Virus record (IMG/VR): IMGVR_UViG_3300038492_000430
Coordinates: 1-45,078 of that record
Strand: one strand, 5' to 3'
DNA: 45,078 bases
Source: a virus
Taxonomy: Duplodnaviria > Caudoviricetes
The notes under the pieces are model-generated. The model made no database searches. It worked only from the letters and a program-made list of their open reading frames with translations, and had not been told where the DNA came from. Positions 1 through 10,361 of this stretch are shown one piece after another; the stretch's first letter is position 1; every line of letters starts with the position of its first letter. The position numbers and the translations under genes were made by a program.

Positions 1-17
1 GTTTCCCAGTCACGATC
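1..17 (+). other. Random-amplification primer remnant (GTTTCCCAGTCACGATC), not genomic
   Basis: Matches the Round A/B random-PCR primer tag. The next 9 nt (agttggggg) match genomic 44976-44984 with one mismatch, as expected for the N9 part. Confidence 0.85.
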
Positions 18-19
18 AG

Positions 20-1396
20 TTGGGGGCATTCATTCCACGTGCACTGGAAGCTGGTGACGCATTCTTCATGACGATCATCAAGAACGGGGAGCTTGAAGCG
101 TTCGCAGATCGTGCGATCAAGAAAGGTGTACCATTCAATTCACAGCAAGCAGAAAAGATCGCGCGTGAGAAAGCGATGTACTACTTGTTCCGAGAAAAGC
201 CAGGTCGCGTTGGAGATATCCAAGCTCGTCGCGGTCAAGGATATTTACTCGCGTCTATTGACCAAGGAACACAGGCGATGGAAGCCTTACGTAAAGTCCC
301 AGGTGTGCGATGGGTGGTTCCATTCCTTCATACGCCGATGAACATCTTCAAGCAAGGTATCGAGTACTCACCGCTTGGTGTTGCAACGATTCCTGGTGCA
401 CAGAACAAACAAGAACAGGTTGCGAAGTCGATTGTTGGCTCTACAGTATTCGCAGGAACGGCAGCGTATATCTTTTCGAATGACTCAACGTGGGCTGCTC
501 CGTCAGGAGATGAAGAGAAGTCTGCGTTCTACGCAAGTGGACGTCAGCCGTACTCGATTAAAGTTGGCGATCGCTGGGTGTCTTACTCTAAACTTGGTCC
601 GATTGCGTACCCGATGGCAATGGCGGCAGCGCTAAAACACTACACGCAACAAGATCCTGACCGCTTCGATAAGAACGCGCTAGAGAAGATAACGAGTGCA
701 CTTGTCGGGATCTCCGGATTCTTTGCAGATCAGTCGTATGTTCAAGGGTTAGATAACCTTATCAACCTCCCAGATGAAGGTTGGAAAGGTAAGGCCGCAC
801 GTGCGAAACTCGCGACAGCAGTACCGACACAACTCATCCCTCTTAGTTCACTTGTAGGTTGGGTAAACCGTAACTTCATCGATCCAGTTTATCGAGAAGT
901 AGAACGTCCAATCGATTCTATTAAAGCAAGCCTCCCAGGGCTTTCGAAGCAGTTAGAAGCTCACTCTGATCCAAACGGAGACGCGAGTGTTCGGCGCTTC
1001 CGTTTATTGAACGCGTTCTCTCCTGTGAGAGTGACGCCAGAAGATGAAGAGTTCAACGAAACGTTACGGCGTGAGCAGGGCGCACGTTCATATTGGGAGT
1101 ATATGAAGGACCTACCGAACAGCGAGAAGAACCGGATAATGCAAGATCTTTATCAGAACGATGAATCGTTTTATAAGAAGCTTGAAAAAGAGGTTCGTTA
1201 CGACCAACTTGGTCTTTCCGAGGAAGAACGAGGACTCATCGGTACACGTATATCAGAACGAGCTGACACAATCGTTGGCATGCTCGCTAACCTCGATACA
1301 AATGCGGAAAAGAACGAGTTAGTAAACCGTCTCTATGAAGCAGGTATTTGGACCGATGCAACAGATGACGAAGTACGAAGACTTTTAGGGAAATAG
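20..1396 (+). CDS. C-terminal part of a large (~1042 aa) putative internal virion/DNA ejection protein starting at 43226
   Basis: Same frame as 43226..45078 across the repeat (offset 44958, divisible by 3). Last gene of the virion module. The GRQPYSIKVGDRWVSY-type segment resembles large podovirus core proteins. Confidence 0.75.
   Translation: MGAFIPRALEAGDAFFMTIIKNGELEAFADRAIKKGVPFNSQQAEKIAREKAMYYLFREKPGRVGDIQARRGQGYLLASIDQGTQAMEALRKVPGVRWVVPFLHTPMNIFKQGIEYSPLGVATIPGAQNKQEQVAKSIVGSTVFAGTAAYIFSNDSTWAAPSGDEEKSAFYASGRQPYSIKVGDRWVSYSKLGPIAYPMAMAAALKHYTQQDPDRFDKNALEKITSALVGISGFFADQSYVQGLDNLINLPDEGWKGKAARAKLATAVPTQLIPLSSLVGWVNRNFIDPVYREVERPIDSIKASLPGLSKQLEAHSDPNGDASVRRFRLLNAFSPVRVTPEDEEFNETLRREQGARSYWEYMKDLPNSEKNRIMQDLYQNDESFYKKLEKEVRYDQLGLSEEERGLIGTRISERADTIVGMLANLDTNAEKNELVNRLYEAGIWTDATDDEVRRLLGK
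22..120 (+). repeat. 99-bp terminal direct repeat, copy 1 (assembly circularity)
   Basis: Identical to 44980-45078 and lies inside a CDS whose frame continues across the join. Confidence 0.97.
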
Positions 1397-1397
1397 A

Positions 1398-1428
1398 AAA
1401 CAGACAGCGAAAGTGCTGTCTGTTTCTT

Positions 1429-1430
<2 letters not shown>
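1398..1430. terminator. Bidirectional intrinsic terminator
   Basis: aaacagacagc-gaaagt-gctgtctgttt stem flanked by A/T tracts, between convergent genes. Confidence 0.85.
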
Positions 1431-3445
<2,015 letters not shown>

Positions 3446-4816
3446 TTAAGTTATTTCCCATCTTCGTTTTTTATAGAAGCGCGTTCGCTCTCGCGCCTGG
3501 TTTTTAAGTATTCCGTTACCGACATCTTGGACATCAATGATCTTCGGTTTTTTCTTTCCCTCGAATAGCCGTAGTATTCTTCCAGCTGACTGTTCAGTGA
3601 GTATACGTGATCTGAGATCACCAGCAATAATGAGTGTGTCCAGCTGAGGAATATCAACGCCGGTTGATAGAAGAGAGAAAGTACCAAATAGACAATCAAA
3701 AGCGGTGGTACCGTCACGAAGACTTTCAATCTCCATCGCACGAGATTTCGCGGATCCTCTTGAACGAAGATAAACGAGTTCGCAATCTTCGGCGACAGCT
3801 GACCCAATGTTTTCATAGTGTTTTACACGTTTTGTTAGAACGAGAACTTTTCTTCCGGTTCTCACTTCTCGATCAACGAGGTAGGCAATTAACCCGTTTC
3901 GTGCATCATCTTCTATCTGCTGGTTGATCATTTCTGTGTACTCCCAAGCACGGTCAAGTTCTTCGTTATTGTACTTAATGATTTCTACGGTAGGTGATTC
4001 TCGTTCAAGGTTTCTGTCGACCAAGACGGGTCCGAACAAGTATCTGATTGCATCCTTCTGACCGTCTCCTCGATCATTAGTGGCAGTAAGTCCGAATCGG
4101 AAATATGATTCGAAAAACTGGAGAGAAGCGTTAGCTCGTTTTGGTACAAAGAGATGGCATTCGTCTGCGATGACACATCCGAACTCTTGCGGTGAAAGTT
4201 CACCTGAATCAATCCTTTTCTGAAGCGTCTGTACAGTAGCAACAGTAATATCTTGGATATCAAACCGTTTGGACTGAATGACACCGCAGCGTGTATTAAA
4301 ATATTCGTTGACGGCTTTTTCGAACTGCGCGAGGAGCTGGAGTTTCGGGACAATGATAAGCGTCTTCGTTTGGATTTTTTCGATAAGCTTAAGCGCAATG
4401 ATTGTTTTTCCGAATCCCGTGTCGAGTCGGATGATTCCTTGTGTGTTGTTTTCTGGGTCGATTTCTTCGATGACTCCATACTGGTAGGGTCTTAGTTTAA
4501 TTTTACTTATGAGTTTCTTAGAAGGCTTAGGACGGCAGCGTTCATCTTTAGTGGTAATGTTCTCTGAAGCGTCTTCTGCTAAGAGGCGTACACGCGCTTC
4601 GTGACCTCTAGGAACGACGAGTGCAGGCTTTCCGCCTACATTGCGCTCCTTGTACCACTTAAAGTGTTGAGGGCAAGCATAGAGCGCTCGCACGTTACCC
4701 ATTCGTTTTAACCGCTGATAAAGAGGGTTGTCTAGTGTGAGAGAATCTCTTATCGCCTTCTGGAGCTTGGGTGGACACTTCTCAATGAGTATCTCGTTAT
4801 GTAATGTTAATCGCAT
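3446..4816 (-). CDS. Superfamily 2 DExH helicase
   Basis: LRPYQ Q-motif, Walker A DTGFGKT, DECH, GLTAT, TGVDIP, QSAGRILR. Confidence 0.93.
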   Translation of the reverse strand: MRLTLHNEILIEKCPPKLQKAIRDSLTLDNPLYQRLKRMGNVRALYACPQHFKWYKERNVGGKPALVVPRGHEARVRLLAEDASENITTKDERCRPKPSKKLISKIKLRPYQYGVIEEIDPENNTQGIIRLDTGFGKTIIALKLIEKIQTKTLIIVPKLQLLAQFEKAVNEYFNTRCGVIQSKRFDIQDITVATVQTLQKRIDSGELSPQEFGCVIADECHLFVPKRANASLQFFESYFRFGLTATNDRGDGQKDAIRYLFGPVLVDRNLERESPTVEIIKYNNEELDRAWEYTEMINQQIEDDARNGLIAYLVDREVRTGRKVLVLTKRVKHYENIGSAVAEDCELVYLRSRGSAKSRAMEIESLRDGTTAFDCLFGTFSLLSTGVDIPQLDTLIIAGDLRSRILTEQSAGRILRLFEGKKKPKIIDVQDVGNGILKNQARERTRFYKKRRWEIT

Positions 4817-5657
4817 TTCCGGTGGCTAGTTGTGCTTTAGCGCGGGGTGGACCGGATATGTCGAATACTTCTGCATCTTCCCATGTTGTCGGTTCGTCTT
4901 CGAAGTCGTCTCGTGCAATACGATCGACGATCTCTGCAACGCCTTGGAGGAAGTCTGATTCTCCGAAGTCGAGAAGCTCCTCAGAGAAGATGAATGTTTT
5001 TAGTTTTACGACACCTTTACTGTGAGCGACGACCAAGTGACGACATACAATGTCTCGATTATCGTTAGGGTTCATGAGACGCCACATGTAGCGGTAGGCT
5101 CCTAACTGTCGTACGTATCCTGAATCGATACAGTTATAGAACCACTTCTTCGCGGACTGTAACTTGTTCAAGTTCGTTGACTTGAAGTCGTCAATGTAGA
5201 CGGTATCTTTCGTTTCTGTGATAACGTCAGCCATTCCGCAGATGGGGACGACATTACTGTTCACGGTGATGTCTCCCTGCAAGATAACCTGGAACTTCGC
5301 CTTGTTCTTTTTGTACCACTTATACGCAGAAGAAGATGTTATCGCTTCTGCGCGTGCGATGGCATCATTCCATACGTTTTCTGAAACGAGTAGTTCTTTG
5401 TCCATCTCCTTCTGTTCCTGAAAGAGGTCTGGATCATCTCGTTTTAGCACCTTTTTAGAGTAACGTACTTCTTCGCCTGAAATGATCGCATCAACGATGG
5501 AACCTACTTTCATCGCATCCGTTGGCTCGAAGTCAAGTGTTCGTGCAATATGACGTTTAAAAAAATACGAAGGTGAACGATACAAATCTCCTACCTTCGA
5601 GTTAGAGATAGCTGTGTTCTTCTTCGTATAATAATTGTTGGGAGTCAGTTTGATCAT
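4797..5657 (-). CDS. PD-(D/E)XK exonuclease (RecE/exonuclease VIII-like)
   Basis: ISNSK...SP, AMKVGSIVD, GMAD...IDDFKST, GYVRQLGAY motifs. Confidence 0.8.
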   Translation of the reverse strand: MIKLTPNNYYTKKNTAISNSKVGDLYRSPSYFFKRHIARTLDFEPTDAMKVGSIVDAIISGEEVRYSKKVLKRDDPDLFQEQKEMDKELLVSENVWNDAIARAEAITSSSAYKWYKKNKAKFQVILQGDITVNSNVVPICGMADVITETKDTVYIDDFKSTNLNKLQSAKKWFYNCIDSGYVRQLGAYRYMWRLMNPNDNRDIVCRHLVVAHSKGVVKLKTFIFSEELLDFGESDFLQGVAEIVDRIARDDFEDEPTTWEDAEVFDISGPPRAKAQLATGNAINIT

Positions 5658-5866
5658 TTGAGTATGTGTTCACAGTAAGGGCAAAGTGTCGGGTAACGCT
5701 TTGAGAGGATGATGAGCGACTTACACGCATCGCATTCTAAACGCAGAGTGCCTAACTTACGCGTCATCATCTCCAGAGACGTTTCAGCACGAGATGAACG
5801 TTTTTTACGACGTTTACCTCGTGCTTTTTCTATGTCTTCCGCGTCACCGAAACGCGGCTTAGTCAC
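5654..5866 (-). CDS. Small basic zinc-ribbon protein
   Basis: CDAC...CPYC; GTG start; stop overlaps the next gene start. Confidence 0.65.
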   Translation of the reverse strand: MTKPRFGDAEDIEKARGKRRKKRSSRAETSLEMMTRKLGTLRLECDACKSLIILSKRYPTLCPYCEHILK

Positions 5867-5870
5867 GCGA

Positions 5871-6182
5871 CTAAACTACCTTTTCAATTGTGTATCGGCT
5901 ATCGACACCTTCTCCTGATCGAGAGATAACAATTGTGTCACCGATTTCTAGCTTCGCATCGTTGAATGCGTTTGCCATAGAGTTCGAATGGTTCTCGAAT
6001 ACACCTTCTTCACCATCTTCATCTTCGAAGTAGTACGCTGTTGTCATACCGTTTGCGTCACCGAACTTCGGGTCTGATTTCTTAATCTCTTCTGGAGCAC
6101 GAGAAATCTTTAACGTTTGTGGTTCGTCAAAACTAGATGCTTTATAAAATTTTTGTCCACGAGTTGGAGCTTTGAGAGTCAT
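5871..6182 (-). CDS. Putative single-stranded DNA-binding protein (OB-fold)
   Basis: C-terminal ISRSGEGVDSRYTI resembles phage SSB I-x-R-x-G-x-G-x-D-T-x-Y. First gene behind the promoter at 6237-6265, upstream of the exonuclease. Confidence 0.55.
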   Translation of the reverse strand: MTLKAPTRGQKFYKASSFDEPQTLKISRAPEEIKKSDPKFGDANGMTTAYYFEDEDGEEGVFENHSNSMANAFNDAKLEIGDTIVISRSGEGVDSRYTIEKVV

Positions 6183-6236
6183 AATATAAATGTTTATTTG
6201 TGTTGGGGTGAACACAAGTTTTGTTCACTAGCGAAA

Positions 6237-6265
6237 ACTATAGCACAAAATGAAGGGTTTGTCAA
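6237..6265 (-). promoter_or_regulatory. Sigma70-type promoter for the ssb-exonuclease-helicase-groEL operon
   Basis: TTGACA-17 nt-TATAGT with extended TG. Confidence 0.85.
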
Positions 6266-6649
6266 TCAACTTTTCCACTTCGCTCGCCAGTTGACGTATT
6301 CGTCGTACGTTCTGTCTCCTTTCTCTTGGTTGCAAGCTCGGCACGCAGGGATGAGGTTATCCACATCGTCTGTACCTCCACGAGACTTCGGTATCATGTG
6401 ATCGACAGTGTCCGCCTCCACGCCACAGTAAATGCACCATCCACTCGTCTTTTGTCGTGCTTCGACCTTCTTTGCTTTGAAGCGCTCATACTCTACTTGT
6501 TGTACGTTGAACTTTTGTTTTTCTCGTAACTGCTGGTTGATCTTCTTAAGGCTTGCGTGAGCGTTTGTTTTATCACGTAAAAGTTTAAGCACATGTTTAT
6601 GCTCTTTGAGAGTAACGAGGCCGAAAATTTTGAGGAGTCTTTCGAGCAT
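6266..6649 (-). CDS. HNH endonuclease
   Basis: CIYCG...[12 protein letters not shown]...[14 protein letters not shown]. Confidence 0.92.
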   Translation of the reverse strand: MLERLLKIFGLVTLKEHKHVLKLLRDKTNAHASLKKINQQLREKQKFNVQQVEYERFKAKKVEARQKTSGWCIYCGVEADTVDHMIPKSRGGTDDVDNLIPACRACNQEKGDRTYDEYVNWRAKWKS

Positions 6650-6733
6650 ATAATATAGAAAAATGGTGGAGATTTGCGATTTTATACTGCCTAAACCTCC
6701 CAAACGTGACAGTAGAGATTCACATGATGCACC

Positions 6734-6916
6734 TCATCGTTTGCTATGTCCTTCATCTTCCACCTCGATGACGACGATCTCGCCCTCGAAGGAGTGACTG
6801 TGTTCGCACGCGTGGTCGTGCTGCATGAGCAGGGTGGCGTCTTCCTTGTCGGAGCCGACAGCCTTGCTATAGCGACCGCACGAGTTGCACGTGCCACTTG
6901 CCTTGTAGTAGGTCAT
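6734..6916 (-). CDS. Small Cys/His-rich hypothetical protein
   Basis: GGAGGT RBS, CxxC and His cluster, ATGA overlap with the upstream gene. Confidence 0.75.
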   Translation of the reverse strand: MTYYKASGTCNSCGRYSKAVGSDKEDATLLMQHDHACEHSHSFEGEIVVIEVEDEGHSKR

Positions 6917-7188
6917 GAGACCTCCCTATGCTCGTTGAACACGAGCATGAGTTGAGTTGAGCGCACGTCTTCAGTGTACGTCGTTTGGTAATTGCACTTG
7001 ACGCACTTCTGCTCCTTGTAGCCCATGTGGACTGCGTCGAGCATCCGACCATCGCAACCGACCTGTGGACAGAACACGCTTGTATGCGTGCAGTCACAGC
7101 AACGCACGACGGTGACTTGACCGTTGGCGGCTAAGGCGATGTTAACACCCCTGCAACGCCGACAGTACTTGCCAGCCAGTTCCTTCAT
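6913..7188 (-). CDS. Multi-zinc-ribbon small protein
   Basis: Four Cys pairs; GGAGG RBS; ATGA coupling. Confidence 0.8.
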   Translation of the reverse strand: MKELAGKYCRRCRGVNIALAANGQVTVVRCCDCTHTSVFCPQVGCDGRMLDAVHMGYKEQKCVKCNYQTTYTEDVRSTQLMLVFNEHREVS

Positions 7189-7337
7189 TGCCTTTCCTCC
7201 ACTTTCTTGATCTTGAACTTCTTGGCCCCGTACTCCTTCTGGATAATGGGAGCGACCTCACGCACAGAATGTACTTCTACCGTCCTATGAAGACGGATGT
7301 TGTGGTCTAGCCAGATCGTCACTTGAATAATGAGCAT
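7185..7337 (-). CDS. Small hypothetical protein (50 aa, MLIIQVTIWLDHNIR...), not in ORF track
   Basis: AGGAGGT RBS; stop overlaps the ATG at 7188. Confidence 0.75.
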   Translation of the reverse strand: MLIIQVTIWLDHNIRLHRTVEVHSVREVAPIIQKEYGAKKFKIKKVEERQ

Positions 7338-7593
7338 TTCTCACCTCCTAGGAAGAATCAATGTTTTTGTACATATACTCGCTAACCACTTGCGTACGTA
7401 CAAGGACTCTCAACCCTTGTGATACTTAAGAGTGGTTGGTTAACCCCACTCTAGCAAACGTATTTTTTAACGTTAATCAATCGATTCTTCTTAGGAGGAG
7501 AGAACAACTCACAGGGAGAGACGATTCTTCAGCTTCACTCCAAATGGATTAGCTGAACAGGGCTTTCGCCCACCGTTCATCTCCCTCTGTGAG
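7338..7593 (-). ncRNA. Candidate structured cis-regulatory RNA (RBS-sequestering leader)
   Basis: 25-nt inverted repeat 7338-7362/7480-7504 enclosing sub-hairpins; second multistem domain 7508-7593 with a gggc-GAAA-gccc hairpin. Confidence 0.6.
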
Positions 7594-7595
7594 AA

Positions 7596-7763
7596 CTACA
7601 TAAACAAAGTTGAAATACCCATTAGTTCGATAGATTCTGCTTCAGCTTTCCGTGTTATTTCTTGCAATTCTTGTTTCTTGCCTTCTGATTTCTTTGCCCA
7701 CTTCTTTTTATGTGGGTGGCATAGACCGCAAGAACCTTTTTTGTATTTATATACTTTTCGCAT
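7596..7763 (-). CDS. Small Lys-rich protein with SCGLCHPH motif (55 aa)
   Basis: ATG at 7763 after an AT-rich leader; CxxCxxH. Confidence 0.65.
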   Translation of the reverse strand: MRKVYKYKKGSCGLCHPHKKKWAKKSEGKKQELQEITRKAEAESIELMGISTLFM

Positions 7764-7802
7764 AATTATAATTTTTCTTCTCCAAACTGCACACAAATGT
7801 AT

Positions 7803-8167
7803 AGACTAGGAACCGACATCTCCATACGAAAGATGTGCGTCATCTATTTCTTGGCTGATCCCAAGTTACTGACACATATGCACAGATGGGAGGTGAGAAC
7901 ATTCTCTCCTATAGTCTGCTCACATGAGTAAAAGATTACAGTGGTGGAACTGGTGTACACAATGACCTCATGCGAACAGATGACAGGAGAGAACGACCGC
8001 CCTACCAACTACTTAAGGGCATTCGTTGGCGAATTGCTAACTCCAACGAACAGCTATTAGTAGAGCAGCCCGTCTCTCGAGGTATCGAAAGGCTTGTCAT
8101 CTCTCGATACCCCTCAAGGAAACACGTACGGCCGCAGAGCATTAGAAGCCTACATGTTCCTTTGAGG
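7803..8167 (-). ncRNA. Candidate structured ncRNA with pseudoknot
   Basis: Five abutting stems whose mismatches resolve mostly as G-U pairs on the minus strand; no credible long ORF. Confidence 0.6.
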
Positions 8168-8176
8168 ATTCCTTTA

Positions 8177-8512
8177 TTATAACATATTCAGTTCCCGCTT
8201 AATGAAGGTGATTACAAAATCAGGAAAGTCCTCTTCAAGTTCTTGTATTAGGAGAAGACCTTCTTGTACATCAGGTTTCCACATTTCGTGTATGTGTACA
8301 CCTCTCCAACGTTTACCTTGAATGAGTGCGTTGTAACCGTCAAGAAAGTTTGTTGCAGGCCCCCAACCTAAATATTCACCACCGCGTTTAATCCCACGTT
8401 CAGAGAATGCGAGGAAGTTTTTGCAATCTTGTGATGTTATTTCAATATCGGCGAACACTTGTGGGATAAAGTGCTTGATGATCTCAATGTCGAGTTTCTG
8501 TTTCCGGGTCAT
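8177..8512 (-). CDS. Hypothetical protein
   Basis: ORF in a tightly packed minus-strand operon. Confidence 0.75.
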   Translation of the reverse strand: MTRKQKLDIEIIKHFIPQVFADIEITSQDCKNFLAFSERGIKRGGEYLGWGPATNFLDGYNALIQGKRWRGVHIHEMWKPDVQEGLLLIQELEEDFPDFVITFIKRELNML

Positions 8513-8519
8513 AGAATTC

Positions 8520-8720
8520 TTAATATTCCACGTAACACGCAGACTCGCAACCTAGTTCTCCACAACGCCAAAGATGTAAGTCTTCTGTTACAGCGAGCAT
8601 AGCACCGTGCTTGTTGCATGTCGGCTTATCTTCATGTGAGAGATCAACGTGGCCGCTTGAGACTTCGTGAAGACTATTAGTTGCCTTGGTGTTCACTTCT
8701 GCGAGGTCGAGGAGTTTCAC
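8520..8720 (-). CDS. Small zinc-finger-like protein
   Basis: CNKH...CGELGC; GTG start. Confidence 0.65.
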   Translation of the reverse strand: MKLLDLAEVNTKATNSLHEVSSGHVDLSHEDKPTCNKHGAMLAVTEDLHLWRCGELGCESACYVEY

Positions 8721-8721
8721 A

Positions 8722-9096
8722 TCACTTTTTCTTTATAGCGTTGATGATCGCATCCGCAAGCGTCGGCCACTCCTTCTTCAGTTTCTCTTGCGCTCGCTTA
8801 TGGATGTCAGGTCGCTTTCCTGCGTTCATCCAAGCTTCGAGAATTTCCTCCCCCGCCTTCGCTCGTCGTTCCGCATCTTCTAGGGCATCGAGGATTTTGG
8901 ACATATGGTTGTGAGCGAGGGTGATGAAGTGTGCGTCATCTTTACGAAGTACGGCACCATAGCCAGAGCCTCCATAAATGACGTCTTCTAGATCTTCGTT
9001 TACTATATCGAAGCCTTTATATTTTGTGACTTTATGCCACGTCTCCTTCGTTGTCTTCTCCCACGCCTCACGCAGTTGTTTTATTGTTTCTTCCAT
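8722..9096 (-). CDS. Ead/Ea22-like protein
   Basis: DAHFITLAHNHMSKILDALE resembles the Ead/Ea22 DAxFIAxxxPxxxxxLLD motif. Confidence 0.55.
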   Translation of the reverse strand: MEETIKQLREAWEKTTKETWHKVTKYKGFDIVNEDLEDVIYGGSGYGAVLRKDDAHFITLAHNHMSKILDALEDAERRAKAGEEILEAWMNAGKRPDIHKRAQEKLKKEWPTLADAIINAIKKK

Positions 9097-9105
9097 ACCT
9101 GTGAG

Positions 9106-9264
9106 TTATCTACCTACTAAAGCATCATCTAAATCATCACCTATAGACTCGATTAGTTCTTTCGTCTTCTCCTCTCTACCTTGTGTAATCACGTCGTCTA
9201 CAACAGCAACTGGTATTGCTACCATCTTTACTGCTGCTGATGCGATGTTTGAGAAAAATCCCAT
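9106..9264 (-). CDS. Small hypothetical protein (52 aa, MGFFSNIASAAVK...), not in ORF track
   Basis: Fills the gap in the operon; amphipathic N-terminus. Confidence 0.7.
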   Translation of the reverse strand: MGFFSNIASAAVKMVAIPVAVVDDVITQGREEKTKELIESIGDDLDDALVGR

Positions 9265-9284
9265 ATGTTTTTGTTATAAGTTAT

Positions 9285-9620
9285 TTATTCGTTATCACCG
9301 TTCAGGCCTGAGTGTTTCGTGAAATGTTCATTTTGCACAATGTGAGAGCCTTGTTCCACCTCCAAACCTTTTCTTGCTAGTTCAAGTAGTTGAGGTAAGG
9401 AATTGTGTAGGGCGACGATGTATTCGGCAAGTTCTTCTTCAATGTTATCTACAACAAAATCGTCAACAATTTGATTCATCCAAAAGTGCAATGTACTCCC
9501 ATCCGCATCCCCGACAAACAATGCACGCTCGTCTTTGTTAGCAGAGAAAATATCCCATTCTTTCGCTTCCCACTCGACCGCCAGCTCCTCTAGCCTATCT
9601 AAGTCTTTTGAGTTGAGCAT
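9285..9620 (-). CDS. Ead/Ea22-like protein
   Basis: LDRLEELA...W...LAEYIVALHNSLPQLLE. Confidence 0.55.
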   Translation of the reverse strand: MLNSKDLDRLEELAVEWEAKEWDIFSANKDERALFVGDADGSTLHFWMNQIVDDFVVDNIEEELAEYIVALHNSLPQLLELARKGLEVEQGSHIVQNEHFTKHSGLNGDNE

Positions 9621-9802
9621 ATAATTGATCTAAATGATTTCTGAAGAGTTCGGCACCCACATCGTTCACAAGTATTATGAATCGTGTAATGAGCAATAGA
9701 TGTACCTTTTGCGATCTCTGCAAACTGTTTATGACCACAGTTAGAACACTCTAAATGCTCAACGTAGATGCCATATTTTTCTTTTGCTTGTTCCTGTTTC
9801 AT
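9599..9802 (-). CDS. Zinc-ribbon protein
   Basis: CSNCG...CERCG. Confidence 0.75.
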   Translation of the reverse strand: MKQEQAKEKYGIYVEHLECSNCGHKQFAEIAKGTSIAHYTIHNTCERCGCRTLQKSFRSIICSTQKT

Positions 9803-9812
9803 ACCTATTTAA

Positions 9813-10007
9813 TTAACTTGGAAACATGATTACGGCACAACTTGCGGGGATAGCTTTTACGCGTCTATCGCCATAGTAATGCCAACACTTTTGTTCGTCG
9901 GTCAAGTTCTTTGTCGCTTGGACATCTTCATAAATAAATATTCCTGCTAGGAAGATAGCCCCAAAACAAGTGATAAACATTATAATAATTAGTTCTACTC
10001 CTCGCAT
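9813..10007 (-). CDS. Small membrane protein
   Basis: N-terminal hydrophobic helix and C-terminal Cys pair. Confidence 0.7.
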   Translation of the reverse strand: MRGVELIIIMFITCFGAIFLAGIFIYEDVQATKNLTDEQKCWHYYGDRRVKAIPASCAVIMFPS

Positions 10008-10008
10008 A

Positions 10009-10350
10009 CTACTCGTTTTCTATACATTGGTTAACACATTCGAGGACGCTTTTACTGATCGTATCTGCGTGAGAGGTAGAGACATGATCTTGGATTAAGT
10101 CGGTGAAGAGTAAGTTACATTCACGGCGGCAATACTCCGGCGTTGTCTGGCATATGTACCCGTTCCATTTACCGTTTACTTCTTTGCAAGCTTGTTCTTT
10201 TGAGATGTTTTGTTGTGTTTGCGACTTGTCAACATAGTAAATGCCAACTATGTTGACCGCGACGAAGATCAAAAAGAAAGATGGTATAGCGAGGTGAAGA
10301 AGATCTTCTTTCACAAATCTTTGGAAGGAGTTCATAGGTTCTTTATACAT
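10009..10350 (-). CDS. Membrane-anchored Cys-rich protein (113 aa)
   Basis: Start reassigned to ATG 10350; one TM helix followed by six Cys. Confidence 0.7.
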   Translation of the reverse strand: MYKEPMNSFQRFVKEDLLHLAIPSFFLIFVAVNIVGIYYVDKSQTQQNISKEQACKEVNGKWNGYICQTTPEYCRRECNLLFTDLIQDHVSTSHADTISKSVLECVNQCIENE

Positions 10351-10361
10351 ACACGTTGGGG

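Noticed and set aside
22-120. Biological direct terminal repeat
   Set aside because: It lies mid-gene, and 99 nt is a typical assembler k-mer overlap.
7930-8170. Possible tRNA or tmRNA (TCCACCA and a GGGG start on the minus strand)
   Set aside because: No T-arm GTTCRA, acceptor stem or cloverleaf could be built.
6266-8170. Self-splicing intron with HNH homing endonuclease
   Set aside because: No interrupted gene flanks it, and I could not identify group I P7 or group II domain V motifs.
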